From: a virus
IMG/VR virus record: IMGVR_UViG_3300031774_000001
Strand: one strand, 5' to 3'
Length of the DNA: 64,000 nt
This document shows positions 48,912-58,686 of this stretch, one piece after another. The translations under genes and the position numbers were made by a program. Each line of letters opens with the position of its first letter. The first letter of the stretch is position 1. The notes below the pieces were generated by a model. The model made no database searches, was not told where the DNA came from, and worked only from the letters and a program-made list of their open reading frames with translations.

Positions 48912-50147
48912 ATGGCCGATACAGAACAAAAATTAGAGGCGTTAGAAGCAAAAGCAGTGGAAGAGGCGAATTCACCTAATCCAATGGCGGATGCTCCTAA
49001 AAAGAATGCTGTTGCGGCTGAACCTTCTCATATTGCTAAAATGAGTGAATATGAAGATTTAGGTAAGGCAGTAGTAAAACCAACAGATTCAAATCCTGAC
49101 GCAACTAAAAAAGTTACAAAAGTTTCTGGACAAGCTCCTCAAAAATCACAAGGTGCTGCTGACCCAATGCCAAAATTATCGGGACACAACACTAAATTGG
49201 AGAATAAAGAAACTAAAAAAGACGAAGACGGTAAAGAAATTAAAGAAGGCGATTTACCACCAGCACTTCAAAAAGCTATTGACGCTAAGAAAGACAAAGA
49301 AGACAAAAAAGATGTCAAAGAGTCTGACGAGAAAAAAGATGCTAAAAAAGATGACGCTGAGGTAAGAACTGAAGACGAAGATAAAGAAAAGAAAAAAGAC
49401 ATTGACGTAAAAGAACACGTTGACGCCTTAATCGCTGGAGAGAAAGACTTAACCGAAGAGTTTAAGACAAAAGCTGCAACCATTTTTGAAGCGGCAATCA
49501 AATCTAAAGTAAAAGAAATTGCTGAAGAAATGGAAACAGATTATAATACTAAATTAGAGCAAGAAAGTGCTAAAGCAAAATCTGAATTAACTGAAAAAGT
49601 TGATTCTTACCTTGCATACGTTGTTGAAGAGTGGATGAAAGAAAACGAAATCGCTCTTGAAAGAGGTATCAAAGGAGAAATTGCTGAAGACTTTATCAAT
49701 GGTCTGAAAAAATTATTTGAAGACCACTACATTGATGTTCCAGATGAAAAATATAACGTGCTTGAAGACCAAGCAGGTAAAATTGAAAAACTGGAAAAAG
49801 ACCTCAATGAGCAGATTGAAAAAAATGTTGAGTTAAATAAGGAAGTTGGAACTAAAGTTAGAGATGAAATCAAAGCTAAAGTTTCTGAAGACCTTGCTGA
49901 CACAGCAAAAGAAAAATTTGCTAAACTTGCTGAAGAGATTGAGTACTCTAACGCTGAAGACTATCAAAAGAAATTAGAAACTGTTAAAGAATCTTATTTT
50001 GGAAAGAAAACTCCGACTGCTGAAGAGAAACTAGATGATGGAGCGGCAGATGGATCAACACCAATTGGTGAAGATTTATCAAAATCTATGGCTGCTTACA
50101 GCGCCGCTATAAGCAAAACTAAAGACATTAAGTTGTCTATTAAGTAA
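48912..50147 (+). CDS. gp22: Prohead scaffold protein gp22
   Basis: EEFKTKAATIFEAA, VDSYLAYVVEEWM.EN, KESYF; charged coiled coil. Confidence 0.92.
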   Translation: MADTEQKLEALEAKAVEEANSPNPMADAPKKNAVAAEPSHIAKMSEYEDLGKAVVKPTDSNPDATKKVTKVSGQAPQKSQGAADPMPKLSGHNTKLENKETKKDEDGKEIKEGDLPPALQKAIDAKKDKEDKKDVKESDEKKDAKKDDAEVRTEDEDKEKKKDIDVKEHVDALIAGEKDLTEEFKTKAATIFEAAIKSKVKEIAEEMETDYNTKLEQESAKAKSELTEKVDSYLAYVVEEWMKENEIALERGIKGEIAEDFINGLKKLFEDHYIDVPDEKYNVLEDQAGKIEKLEKDLNEQIEKNVELNKEVGTKVRDEIKAKVSEDLADTAKEKFAKLAEEIEYSNAEDYQKKLETVKESYFGKKTPTAEEKLDDGAADGSTPIGEDLSKSMAAYSAAISKTKDIKLSIK

Positions 50148-50169
50148 ATATAAAGGGAGATAAACACAT

Positions 50170-51510
50170 ATGTACTTATCTGAAACACACGAAAAAAAAT
50201 GGCAGCCAGTACTAGAGCATCCTGATTTACCAAAAATTACTGATGCTTATAGACGTGCCGTTACATCTGTGATATTAGAAAACCAAGAACGTGCTTCTAA
50301 AGAAGATAACGCTTACTTGGCTGAAGCTGCTCCGACTAACGCAACAGGTAGTGCTGTTGCAAATTGGGATCCAATCCTAATTTCACTAGTTAGACGAGCT
50401 ATGCCTAATCTAATCGCATACGACATTGCAGGTGTTCAACCAATGACAGGTCCTACAGGACTTATATTCGCAATGAGAAGTAGATATACTTCACAAACAG
50501 GCGGAGAGTCGTTCTTTGATGAAGCTGATACAGATTTTTCAGGCAGAAATGCTGCTGGATCTTCTGTTGACGGTTATTCAGCAACAGACCACGCAGGAAC
50601 TAATCCTGGTGTATTAAACGACGGTTCACCTGGAACTTATACTAAAGGCGAAGCAATGACTACAGCGAAAGCTGAAGCATTAGGCGACGCTAGCGGTAAT
50701 GCATTTGCTGAAATGGCTTTCTCAATAGAGAAATCTACGGTAACTGCTAAATCAAGAGCTCTTAAAGCTGAATACACTATGGAACTTGCTCAAGACTTAA
50801 AAGCAATCCACGGTTTAGACGCAGAAACAGAACTTGCAAACATCTTATCAGCTGAAATTTTAGCTGAAATCAATAGAGAAGTTGTAAGAACTATCTACAT
50901 CAATTCAGAAAAAGGTGCTCAAACTGGTAACGTAACTACAGCGGGAATTTTTGACCTAGATACAGACTCAAATGGCAGATGGTCAGTTGAGAGATTCAAA
51001 GGTCTTATGTTCCAACTTGAAAGAGATGCTAATAGAATTGCACAAAGAACCAGAAGAGGAAAAGGTAATATAATTATCTGTTCTTCTGATGTTGCTTCTG
51101 CTCTTCAAATGGCAGGCGTATTAGACTACACACCAGCTCTTAACAACAACCTAAACGTTGATGACACAGGTAATACTTTTGCAGGTGTTCTTAACGGTAG
51201 ATTTAAAGTATACATTGATCCTTACTCAGCTAATAGTGCTGCTAAACAGTACTACGTTGTTGGATACAAAGGTACTTCACCATATGACGCAGGAATATTC
51301 TATTGCCCATATGTACCTCTACAAATGGTTAGAGCTGTTGGACAAGACACTTTCCAACCAAAAATCGGATTCAAGACTAGATATGGCTTAATCGCTAATC
51401 CATTCGCTGAAACTGGTGCTCAGTCAGGTGCTGCTACAGCAGTAAATGACGCTGGAAGTGCTAACTCTAATAGATACTACCAAAAAGTTCAAGTTGCTAA
51501 CTTGATGTAA
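50170..51510 (+). CDS. gp23: Major capsid protein gp23
   Basis: GVQPMTGPTGLIFAMR, SRALKAEYTMELAQDLKAIHGLDAE, FYCPYVPL, KTRYG. Confidence 0.97.
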   Translation: MYLSETHEKKWQPVLEHPDLPKITDAYRRAVTSVILENQERASKEDNAYLAEAAPTNATGSAVANWDPILISLVRRAMPNLIAYDIAGVQPMTGPTGLIFAMRSRYTSQTGGESFFDEADTDFSGRNAAGSSVDGYSATDHAGTNPGVLNDGSPGTYTKGEAMTTAKAEALGDASGNAFAEMAFSIEKSTVTAKSRALKAEYTMELAQDLKAIHGLDAETELANILSAEILAEINREVVRTIYINSEKGAQTGNVTTAGIFDLDTDSNGRWSVERFKGLMFQLERDANRIAQRTRRGKGNIIICSSDVASALQMAGVLDYTPALNNNLNVDDTGNTFAGVLNGRFKVYIDPYSANSAAKQYYVVGYKGTSPYDAGIFYCPYVPLQMVRAVGQDTFQPKIGFKTRYGLIANPFAETGAQSGAATAVNDAGSANSNRYYQKVQVANLM

Positions 51511-51543
51511 TATCATTGGTTAGAAACATTTTCTAACAGAATT

Positions 51544-51573
51544 AAAAGGGGAGTTTTTACTCCCCTTTTTTTT
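51544..51573 (+). terminator. Rho-independent terminator after gp23 (possibly bidirectional)
   Basis: ggggagt-tttt-actcccc stem followed by T8 and preceded by A4; extra hairpin gttagaaa-cat-tttctaac at 51519-51537. Confidence 0.9.
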
Positions 51574-51588
51574 GGCCTAATTTTCGCA

Positions 51589-51596
51589 TATAAATA
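51589..51596 (+). promoter_or_regulatory. Late promoter TATAAATA
   Basis: Exact consensus 5 nt before the gp3 ATG. Confidence 0.8.
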
Positions 51597-51601
51597 GTAC
51601 T

Positions 51602-52228
51602 ATGACAATAGAACAATCATACAAAAGACAACCAACGAAGTTTGATTATGCAGCTCCAACGCAGTTTAAATTTACTATTACAAAACTTCCTAAAGTAGAA
51701 TTTTTTTGTACGGCAGTAAATTTACCAGGCATAACACTAGAAGGTATGATGGAACAACAAACACCATTAAAAAATATACCTGTACCTGGAGATAAACTAG
51801 CGTATGCTCCTCTTACTATGGACTTTATGGTTGATGAAAATTTAGAAAACTATAGAGAGATACACGGTTGGTTAACTGGTCTAGGTTTTCCTAAAGATAG
51901 AAAAGAATTTAGAGATTTACTTGGTGGTGGTGCAGATAGATTTCCAACATCTACTGGTAGAAAACAAGAAACAGACGCAGGTATAATAAGAAACCAAGCA
52001 GGTGCTACTGGTGCTGTTTATTCAGACGCAACATTAAGTATATTAACAAGTAAAAATACAACAAATATTCAAGTCAGATTCGCAGACGTATTCCCTACAT
52101 CTTTATCTGGATTGAATTATAATCAACAACAAACGGATGTAAACTATTTAATAGCAACAGTTAACTTTCAATACAAAATATATGAATTTGCAGAAGGAAG
52201 TGGACAAACTTCGGTAACAGTTACGTAA
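51602..52228 (+). CDS. gp3: Tail completion/tube terminator gp3-like
   Basis: PKVEFFC.AVNLPGI, VDENLENYREIHGW, DATL.IL, FPTSLSGL; position after gp23. Confidence 0.8.
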   Translation: MTIEQSYKRQPTKFDYAAPTQFKFTITKLPKVEFFCTAVNLPGITLEGMMEQQTPLKNIPVPGDKLAYAPLTMDFMVDENLENYREIHGWLTGLGFPKDRKEFRDLLGGGADRFPTSTGRKQETDAGIIRNQAGATGAVYSDATLSILTSKNTTNIQVRFADVFPTSLSGLNYNQQQTDVNYLIATVNFQYKIYEFAEGSGQTSVTVT

Positions 52229-52233
52229 GAAAC

Positions 52234-52262
52234 TTTACTTTTCTATTATAATATGTTATAGT
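52234..52262 (+). promoter_or_regulatory. Putative sigma70-type promoter for uvsY
   Basis: TTTACT-17 nt-TATAGT with extended -10 TG. Confidence 0.5.
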
Positions 52263-52269
52263 GATAATT

Positions 52270-52698
52270 ATGGATTTAGAACAATTACAAGAACAAGCAG
52301 ACAAAGACTTAAAAATTAACGATAGTGAACTTGATTTAGAATCAATCAAAACACCTCAATTACATAACCAATATCTCAAACACTTAACAAAGTTTAAGTT
52401 AATGTTAAGTAGAGCAGAAAGTGAATTACATATAGTTAAAAGAGGTAAGTGGGAATACTATACAGGTAAAGCAGACCCTAGCGTCTATATTGAAAAACCT
52501 TTTAACTTAAAAATATTAAGGCAAGACGTAGATAAGTATATTGATTCAGACGAAGAAGTTATTAGAGCAAAACAAAAGGTTGATTATCTCAATACAGTTG
52601 TTGATTTTTTAGATAGAAGTATTAGACAAATTACAAATAGAACATTTACTATTAAGAACGCAATTGATTGGAAGAAGTTTACATCAGGAGCCATTTAA
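52270..52698 (+). CDS. uvsY: Recombination mediator UvsY
   Basis: ES.KTPQLH..YL, KWEYYTGKA, IKNAIDWKKF. Confidence 0.9.
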   Translation: MDLEQLQEQADKDLKINDSELDLESIKTPQLHNQYLKHLTKFKLMLSRAESELHIVKRGKWEYYTGKADPSVYIEKPFNLKILRQDVDKYIDSDEEVIRAKQKVDYLNTVVDFLDRSIRQITNRTFTIKNAIDWKKFTSGAI

Positions 52699-53408
52699 TG
52701 GATCAGAAAAAATCTAAAGTTGATATACACGTATTTAAAAGTGATCCTAAAAAATCTTTTTTTGCACCCGAGTATGATTACAGAATATTTGAAACTGAAG
52801 TACAACAAGTTAATTGTCAAGAGTTAGCAAAACTTCTTTTAAGTAAAGAAGAAGAAATATTAAAATTATCTAAATCAACTGTAGCAGCTGGAGCTGTAAA
52901 TGCTTACACAGGACTAAAAGGTGAGAGTACAACACAAAGATTTGATAAGTATAATGTTTTAAAATGGGAAGATGAAAATATAAAGCATTTAAAAGGAAAT
53001 ATAATACACTTTCATAATGGAATTATGCAATACTTTAAACAACCAATTCCAAAAGAATTGTATATACAATGTTGGTATAATGTTATGCGTAAAGGAGAAC
53101 AAATAAAAGCTCATTTACACGATATAGGAGCACATTGTTATTTAGGAGGTCATATTTGCGTACAGACAACAGATACTACATCTACTCATTATATCAATCC
53201 AATAAATCAAATTAATGACCCTATGATATATAGTAGTAAAAATACAGTAGGTAAAATGACTGTATTTCCAAATAATGTACCACACTATACGGATGTATAT
53301 GAAGAAGATTCAGAAAGAATAACAATTGCATTTGATTTATTTCCATTTAATCCAGAAACAATAAAAGACGGAAACTTACATTCAGGAAATTATTTAAAGA
53401 TAGTATGA
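52698..53408 (+). CDS. Putative Fe(II)/2OG oxygenase (HxH type)
   Basis: WYNVMRKGE.IKAHLH, VFPNNVPHYT, RITIAFD; ATG overlaps the uvsY stop. Confidence 0.75.
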   Translation: MDQKKSKVDIHVFKSDPKKSFFAPEYDYRIFETEVQQVNCQELAKLLLSKEEEILKLSKSTVAAGAVNAYTGLKGESTTQRFDKYNVLKWEDENIKHLKGNIIHFHNGIMQYFKQPIPKELYIQCWYNVMRKGEQIKAHLHDIGAHCYLGGHICVQTTDTTSTHYINPINQINDPMIYSSKNTVGKMTVFPNNVPHYTDVYEEDSERITIAFDLFPFNPETIKDGNLHSGNYLKIV

Positions 53409-54892
53409 AAAATGTAAGGTATCTTGTTATAGACAAAAAGGATGATGTCTATTTAAAGATAGAAGCAGAAGATTCCATTAGAAGAGAATTAGGACAACAC
53501 TTTACTTTTGAAGTACCTGGTTTTCGTTTTATGCCACAATTTCGTAATAGGGTATGGGACGGAAAGATAAGACTATTTTCATATGCAACTGGTCAAATAT
53601 ACGTAGGGTTATATCCTTATATACTTAATTGGTGTAAAGAGAATGAAATAGAAGTTGTTGATGGAACAAAGTTAGAAGATACTAAAGTAGATGATGATAA
53701 GGTAGAAAAATTTATTAATGCTCTTAAAATTCCTATGGAAGTAAGAGATTATCAGAAAGAAGCATTTACATATTCAGTTAAAAAAAATAGATGTTTATTA
53801 CTATCGCCAACAGCTAGTGGTAAATCACTTATTTTATATCTATTAGTACGTTTCAATCTATTAAGACTACCTAAAAATAAGAAGATATTAATTATAGTAC
53901 CTACCACATCATTAGTAGAACAATTATATAAAGATTTTAAAGACTATGGCTATGATAGTAATAAAAATGTACATAGAATCTATGAAGGACATAGTAAGAT
54001 AACATCTAAAAGAGTAGTTATATCTACTTGGCAATCAATTTATAATCTATCAAAGAACTATTTTAGCGATTATGGTATGTTAATTGGTGACGAAGCACAT
54101 CTATTTAAGGCAGTATCATTAACAAAGATAATGACGAAGTTAGTTAAGTGTAAATATAAAATAGGTTGTACTGGTACCCTAGATGATAGTAAAACACATA
54201 AATTAGTATTAGAAGGACTGTTTGGTGCAGTCAATAAAGTTACTACCACAACCGAATTACAAGATAGAGAACACTTAGCTAAACTTAAAATTTTCTGTTT
54301 AGTATTACAATATGGTAAAGCACAAATAGATTTCTTGAAAAATAAAACTTATCAAGAAGAAATGGATTTTTTAGTTAGAAATGAGAAAAGAAATAAATAC
54401 ATTAAAAATCTGGTCACTAATTTGCAAGGCAATACTTTATGTCTGTTTCAGTACGTAGAAAAGCACGGTAAGTTATTATATGAATTAATTAAAGAAAAGG
54501 CAGGTGACCGACCTATTTTCTATATCCACGGAGGAGTGGAAGCAGATGAAAGAGAACAAGTTAGAGCAATTACCGAAAAGTCGGATGACGCAATTATTGT
54601 CGCTTCTTATGGGACGTTCAGTACTGGTATCAATATCCGTAATTTACACAATATTGTTTTTAGTAGCCCTAGTAAATCTCGTATAAGAAATTTACAATCA
54701 ATAGGACGAGGATTAAGACTAAAAGATAACAATTCACACGCAACGTTATATGACATTGCTGATGACCTTTCCTATGGCGAAAAAGAAAATTATACTCTAC
54801 AACACTTTAGAGAACGTATAAATATTTACAATAGTGAAGATTTTGACTATGAAATTCACAATATAGAATTGGAGAGAAATGGAAAAAGTTAA
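53405..54892 (+). CDS. uvsW: SF2 helicase UvsW
   Basis: SPTASGKS, DEAH, GCTGT, STGINI, QSIGRGLR. Confidence 0.95.
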   Translation: MKNVRYLVIDKKDDVYLKIEAEDSIRRELGQHFTFEVPGFRFMPQFRNRVWDGKIRLFSYATGQIYVGLYPYILNWCKENEIEVVDGTKLEDTKVDDDKVEKFINALKIPMEVRDYQKEAFTYSVKKNRCLLLSPTASGKSLILYLLVRFNLLRLPKNKKILIIVPTTSLVEQLYKDFKDYGYDSNKNVHRIYEGHSKITSKRVVISTWQSIYNLSKNYFSDYGMLIGDEAHLFKAVSLTKIMTKLVKCKYKIGCTGTLDDSKTHKLVLEGLFGAVNKVTTTTELQDREHLAKLKIFCLVLQYGKAQIDFLKNKTYQEEMDFLVRNEKRNKYIKNLVTNLQGNTLCLFQYVEKHGKLLYELIKEKAGDRPIFYIHGGVEADEREQVRAITEKSDDAIIVASYGTFSTGINIRNLHNIVFSSPSKSRIRNLQSIGRGLRLKDNNSHATLYDIADDLSYGEKENYTLQHFRERINIYNSEDFDYEIHNIELERNGKS

Positions 54893-55310
54893 AGCAAACA
54901 TACGTATAATCAAACTAGTCAATGGTGATGATGTTGTTGCCCATATGCCAATCGGTCCAAAACAACTACCAGAAAAATCTCCATTGCTTAGAATAGCAAA
55001 ACCACTACAAATTAAGTATATTCCTCAAATGACAGCTACTGGAATAAGAGATTATATTGCTCTTATTAAATGGGTAAATTATTCTCCAGATAAAGTTATT
55101 ACTATTCCGAAAGATAAGATAATGACTATAACTATGGCGTCGGAAGATATGACTCAAAACTATACAACTTTAGCAAATGATTATGATAAATTAGACCAAC
55201 CGAAAAAGGCCAAAAAGGGTGACTTTATACAAGAACAAATTTCGGTGGAAGATAATGAATTATTGAACGAAATATTTAAAGATAAAATAACGAAGAGAAC
55301 GCTCCACTAG
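54879..55310 (+). CDS. Conserved hypothetical protein (Sm-like fold)
   Basis: IIKLVNGDDVVA motif; syntenic between uvsW and gp55; TATAAATA at 54817 inside uvsW. Confidence 0.7.
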   Translation: MEKVKANIRIIKLVNGDDVVAHMPIGPKQLPEKSPLLRIAKPLQIKYIPQMTATGIRDYIALIKWVNYSPDKVITIPKDKIMTITMASEDMTQNYTTLANDYDKLDQPKKAKKGDFIQEQISVEDNELLNEIFKDKITKRTLH

Positions 55311-55345
55311 TTACTTAAAGCGGTCTCCAACGGTCTACATAGACC

Positions 55346-55373
55346 ATTATATACAAAAAACGTGAAAAGTCAA
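55346..55373 (-). promoter_or_regulatory. Putative sigma70-type antisense promoter
   Basis: Minus strand TTGACT-16 nt-TATAAT. Confidence 0.6.
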
Positions 55374-55508
55374 GTGCCATTCAAATCTAAAAAACTCGCC
55401 CATATTGCTAAACAATGGCAGATAGGAGAGATTATTCCTGTCAAAAAACTATCTAAAGCAATTAAAAGATTATTACGTCATAGCATTGACAAAGACAAAA
55501 AATTGTAG
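55374..55508 (+). CDS. Putative 44-aa basic protein (not in the ORF track)
   Basis: GTG..TAG ORF MPFKSKKLAHIAKQWQIGEIIPVKKLSKAIKRLLRHSIDKDKKL fills the gap. Confidence 0.4.
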   Translation: MPFKSKKLAHIAKQWQIGEIIPVKKLSKAIKRLLRHSIDKDKKL

Positions 55509-55514
55509 TAATAT
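55486..55514 (+). promoter_or_regulatory. Sigma70-type promoter for gp55
   Basis: TTGACA-17 nt-TAATAT. Confidence 0.7.
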
Positions 55515-55523
55515 GTAATCATT

Positions 55524-56060
55524 ATGCCAGGAATCAGAATTAAAAAAAAACCAGAACATTATGTAAATAATAAGGAATTCTTACACGCAATGATAGACTA
55601 TAGAAAGTCTGTTAATAAAGCGAAAAGATTAAAACAAAATAAACCACCAGTACCAAATTATGTTGGTGAGTGTTTTTTAAAAATAGCCAATCACTTATCC
55701 TTTAGACCAAACTTTATAAATTATACTTATAGGGATGATATGATAAGCGATGGTATTGAGAACTGTTTACAGTATCTTGATAATTTTAATCCTAAAACAT
55801 CTAACAACCCCTTTGCTTATTTCACACAAATTATCTATTATGCCTTTGTACGGAGAATACAGAAAGAAAAAAAACAAACAACTATTAAACACCGTATGAT
55901 TCAAAACGCAAACTATGATGATATGACATTGCAACCAGGAGAAGATAGAGAGTTTAAAAATCAATTTACAGAATTTCTACAAAAAAATCTTCCGCAGGAA
56001 GAACCAGTTAAAAAAACAACAACTAAAAAAAAGAAAAAAGTAATTAAGAAGAAAAAATAA
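55524..56060 (+). CDS. gp55: Late-transcription sigma factor gp55
   Basis: HYVNNKEF, GECFLKIA..LS.RPNF.NY.YRDDMISDGIENC, NPFAYFTQI. Confidence 0.95.
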   Translation: MPGIRIKKKPEHYVNNKEFLHAMIDYRKSVNKAKRLKQNKPPVPNYVGECFLKIANHLSFRPNFINYTYRDDMISDGIENCLQYLDNFNPKTSNNPFAYFTQIIYYAFVRRIQKEKKQTTIKHRMIQNANYDDMTLQPGEDREFKNQFTEFLQKNLPQEEPVKKTTTKKKKKVIKKKK

Positions 56061-56062
56061 TT

Positions 56063-57631
56063 ATGAAAAGTGATAAGATTTTAATAGTCGGTGGAGGTTC
56101 TGCTGGCTGGATGACGGCGGCGACTTTAATTAAAGCATTTCCAAACAAAGATATTACAGTAATAGAATCACCAAATATACCAACTGTTGGTGTTGGTGAA
56201 AGTACAATATCAAAAGTTAAACAATGGACTAAATTTTTAGGCATTGATGATAAAGAATTTTTAAAACATACAGATGGCACTATTAAGTTTAGTATTAAGT
56301 TTACAGACTTTAATGGAAAAGACGAGCCAGCATTTCATTATCCTTTTGGTCCTATTAAAATAGAAGGAACTCAATTAAATTATAATGACTGGTGGATGAA
56401 AAAAGAATTTTATCCAGAAACACCTGTTTCAGATTATGCTGATAGTTTTGCTCCTAATATGGCATTAGTTAATCAAGGTAAAGGTGCTTTTAACTTTCAC
56501 GGTTTTGAACTTGACCGAGATTCTGCTTATCAGTTTGACGCAACTAAATTTGGTCTATGGTTAAGAGACCATTATTGTTTACCAAGAGGTGTTAAACATA
56601 TACAAGAAGATATTATTGATGTGCCTACAAATGAGAATGGTATTAAATGTGTAGTTACAAAAACATATAGTTACTACGCAGATTTATTTGTTGATTGTAC
56701 AGGTTTTAAATCAATGCTTTTAGGTGGTGCATTAAAAGAACCTTTTGAAACTATAAAAAATCTACCAAACAATAAAGCGTGGGCGACTAGAATTCCTTAT
56801 GTTGATAAAGAAAAAGAAGTAGAATGCTTTACCAATTGCACAGCAATAGAGAACGGTTGGGTGTGGAACATACCATTGTGGAGTAGAATTGGTACAGGTT
56901 ATGTTTATTCAGATAAATTTGTAGATGATGAAACTGCTTTAAAAGAATTTAAAAATCATTTAGCAAAAGTAAGACCTGGATTTAATAAAGAAGAACACGA
57001 ATTTAGAAACATTACAATGAGAACTGGTATACACGAAAGATTATTTGTGAAAAATTGTGTTGCAATAGGACTATCTGCTGGATTTATTGAACCATTAGAG
57101 AGTAATGGTTTGTTTTCAGTACACGAATTTTTAATGATGTTAGTAAGAAATTTAAGAAGAGGTGAAATTACACGTTGGGATAAAGATAACTTTACGTTTG
57201 CTTGTAAATCTATCTTTAAAGGATTTGAGGAATTTGTTGGGTTGCATTATGCATTGTCAACAAGAAATGATACACCATATTGGAAAGCAAATAATGAAAA
57301 AGTATGGGAAGAAAGTTTATATACTTTTAAACCTAAAATTATGTTAGGATATTTACAAGCTGCTTTACAAAGAAATATGGCGTCGGAGTTTCCTGTTGAT
57401 CCTATGGATAGACCAGGTAAATATGGATTGCATTATATAGCAGCTGGTTTAAATTGGTGCCCAATGGATTTACCTAACTTAATAAATCTAACACATAAGA
57501 GTGAACAAGAAATAAAAGAACGTATGGAACCATTTATAAAGAAATTAGATGAACGTAAACAACAATGGAATAAAGAAGTTGAAAAGTTTCCAAGTTATCA
57601 CGATTTTATACAGGAGAATTATTACAAGTGA
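56063..57631 (+). CDS. Flavin-dependent tryptophan halogenase-like protein (PrnA family)
   Basis: GGGSAGW, VGVGEST, K in TIKFSIKF, FVDCTGF, GWVWNIP (WxWxIP), FIEPLESNG. Confidence 0.88.
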   Translation: MKSDKILIVGGGSAGWMTAATLIKAFPNKDITVIESPNIPTVGVGESTISKVKQWTKFLGIDDKEFLKHTDGTIKFSIKFTDFNGKDEPAFHYPFGPIKIEGTQLNYNDWWMKKEFYPETPVSDYADSFAPNMALVNQGKGAFNFHGFELDRDSAYQFDATKFGLWLRDHYCLPRGVKHIQEDIIDVPTNENGIKCVVTKTYSYYADLFVDCTGFKSMLLGGALKEPFETIKNLPNNKAWATRIPYVDKEKEVECFTNCTAIENGWVWNIPLWSRIGTGYVYSDKFVDDETALKEFKNHLAKVRPGFNKEEHEFRNITMRTGIHERLFVKNCVAIGLSAGFIEPLESNGLFSVHEFLMMLVRNLRRGEITRWDKDNFTFACKSIFKGFEEFVGLHYALSTRNDTPYWKANNEKVWEESLYTFKPKIMLGYLQAALQRNMASEFPVDPMDRPGKYGLHYIAAGLNWCPMDLPNLINLTHKSEQEIKERMEPFIKKLDERKQQWNKEVEKFPSYHDFIQENYYK

Positions 57632-58686
57632 AAATAGCACTATTAAATGATACACACTTTGGTTGTCGGAATGATAGTCCGCATTTTGTACAGTATCAAG
57701 AACGATTTTATGATGAAGTATTTTTTCCATATTTAAAAGAACATAACATCAAGACATTAATACATTTAGGTGATGTAGTTGATAGACGTAAATTTATAAA
57801 CTTTAAAACGGCGAATTTCTTCCGTCAAAAGATTATGAAAAAGTTATGGGAAGAAAAGATTGATACACATATTATATTAGGTAACCACGATACTTATTAT
57901 AAGAATACAAATAAAGTAAATGCAATTACTGAATTATGTACAACGTATGATGGTCAAAATGAACCTTGGATATATGCAAGTCCAAAAGAAGTTACCTTTG
58001 ATGGATTGCCTATATTGTTTATGCCTTGGATATGTGATGATACGTATGAAGAGTCTTTATATGCTATTGAAAATTCAAATTCTGAAATATGTATGGGTCA
58101 TTTAGAAATTAAAGGGTTTGAAATGCATAGAGGACATATGAACGAACAAGGATTAGATAAATCAATGTTTCATAGATTTGAAAAAGTTTTATCAGGACAC
58201 TTTCATAAGAAATCAGATGATGGTCGGATATATTATTTAGGAACACAATATGAAATTACTTGGAATGATTATAAAGATCCAAAAGGTTTCCATATTTTTG
58301 ATACAGATACTAGAGAGTTAACTAGAGTACCTAACCCTATAAGAATATTTAAAAAGATAGTATATGATGATACACAAAACGATTATAATACGTTAGACAT
58401 ATCAAGATTTGATAATAGTTATATTAAACTGTTTATATCTCAAAAAACAGATGAAGATATGTATGATAAGTTTATCAATAGGTTGTATAGTACATTAAAT
58501 ATACACGAACTAAATATATTTGAGGACACTAGTGATGTAACTGCTAGTGTAAAAGAAGACTTAATAGAACAAGGTGAAGATACACTTACATTTTTGGGCA
58601 AGTATATAGACCAACTTGATACAGACCTTGACAAAAACAAATTAAAAGAATATACTAAAGAACTATATGGAGAAGTAAATCAATGA
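57628..58686 (+). CDS. gp47: Recombination endonuclease subunit gp47 (Mre11-like)
   Basis: DTHFG, LGDVVDRR, GNHD, GHLE, SGHFH. Confidence 0.93.
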   Translation: MKIALLNDTHFGCRNDSPHFVQYQERFYDEVFFPYLKEHNIKTLIHLGDVVDRRKFINFKTANFFRQKIMKKLWEEKIDTHIILGNHDTYYKNTNKVNAITELCTTYDGQNEPWIYASPKEVTFDGLPILFMPWICDDTYEESLYAIENSNSEICMGHLEIKGFEMHRGHMNEQGLDKSMFHRFEKVLSGHFHKKSDDGRIYYLGTQYEITWNDYKDPKGFHIFDTDTRELTRVPNPIRIFKKIVYDDTQNDYNTLDISRFDNSYIKLFISQKTDEDMYDKFINRLYSTLNIHELNIFEDTSDVTASVKEDLIEQGEDTLTFLGKYIDQLDTDLDKNKLKEYTKELYGEVNQ

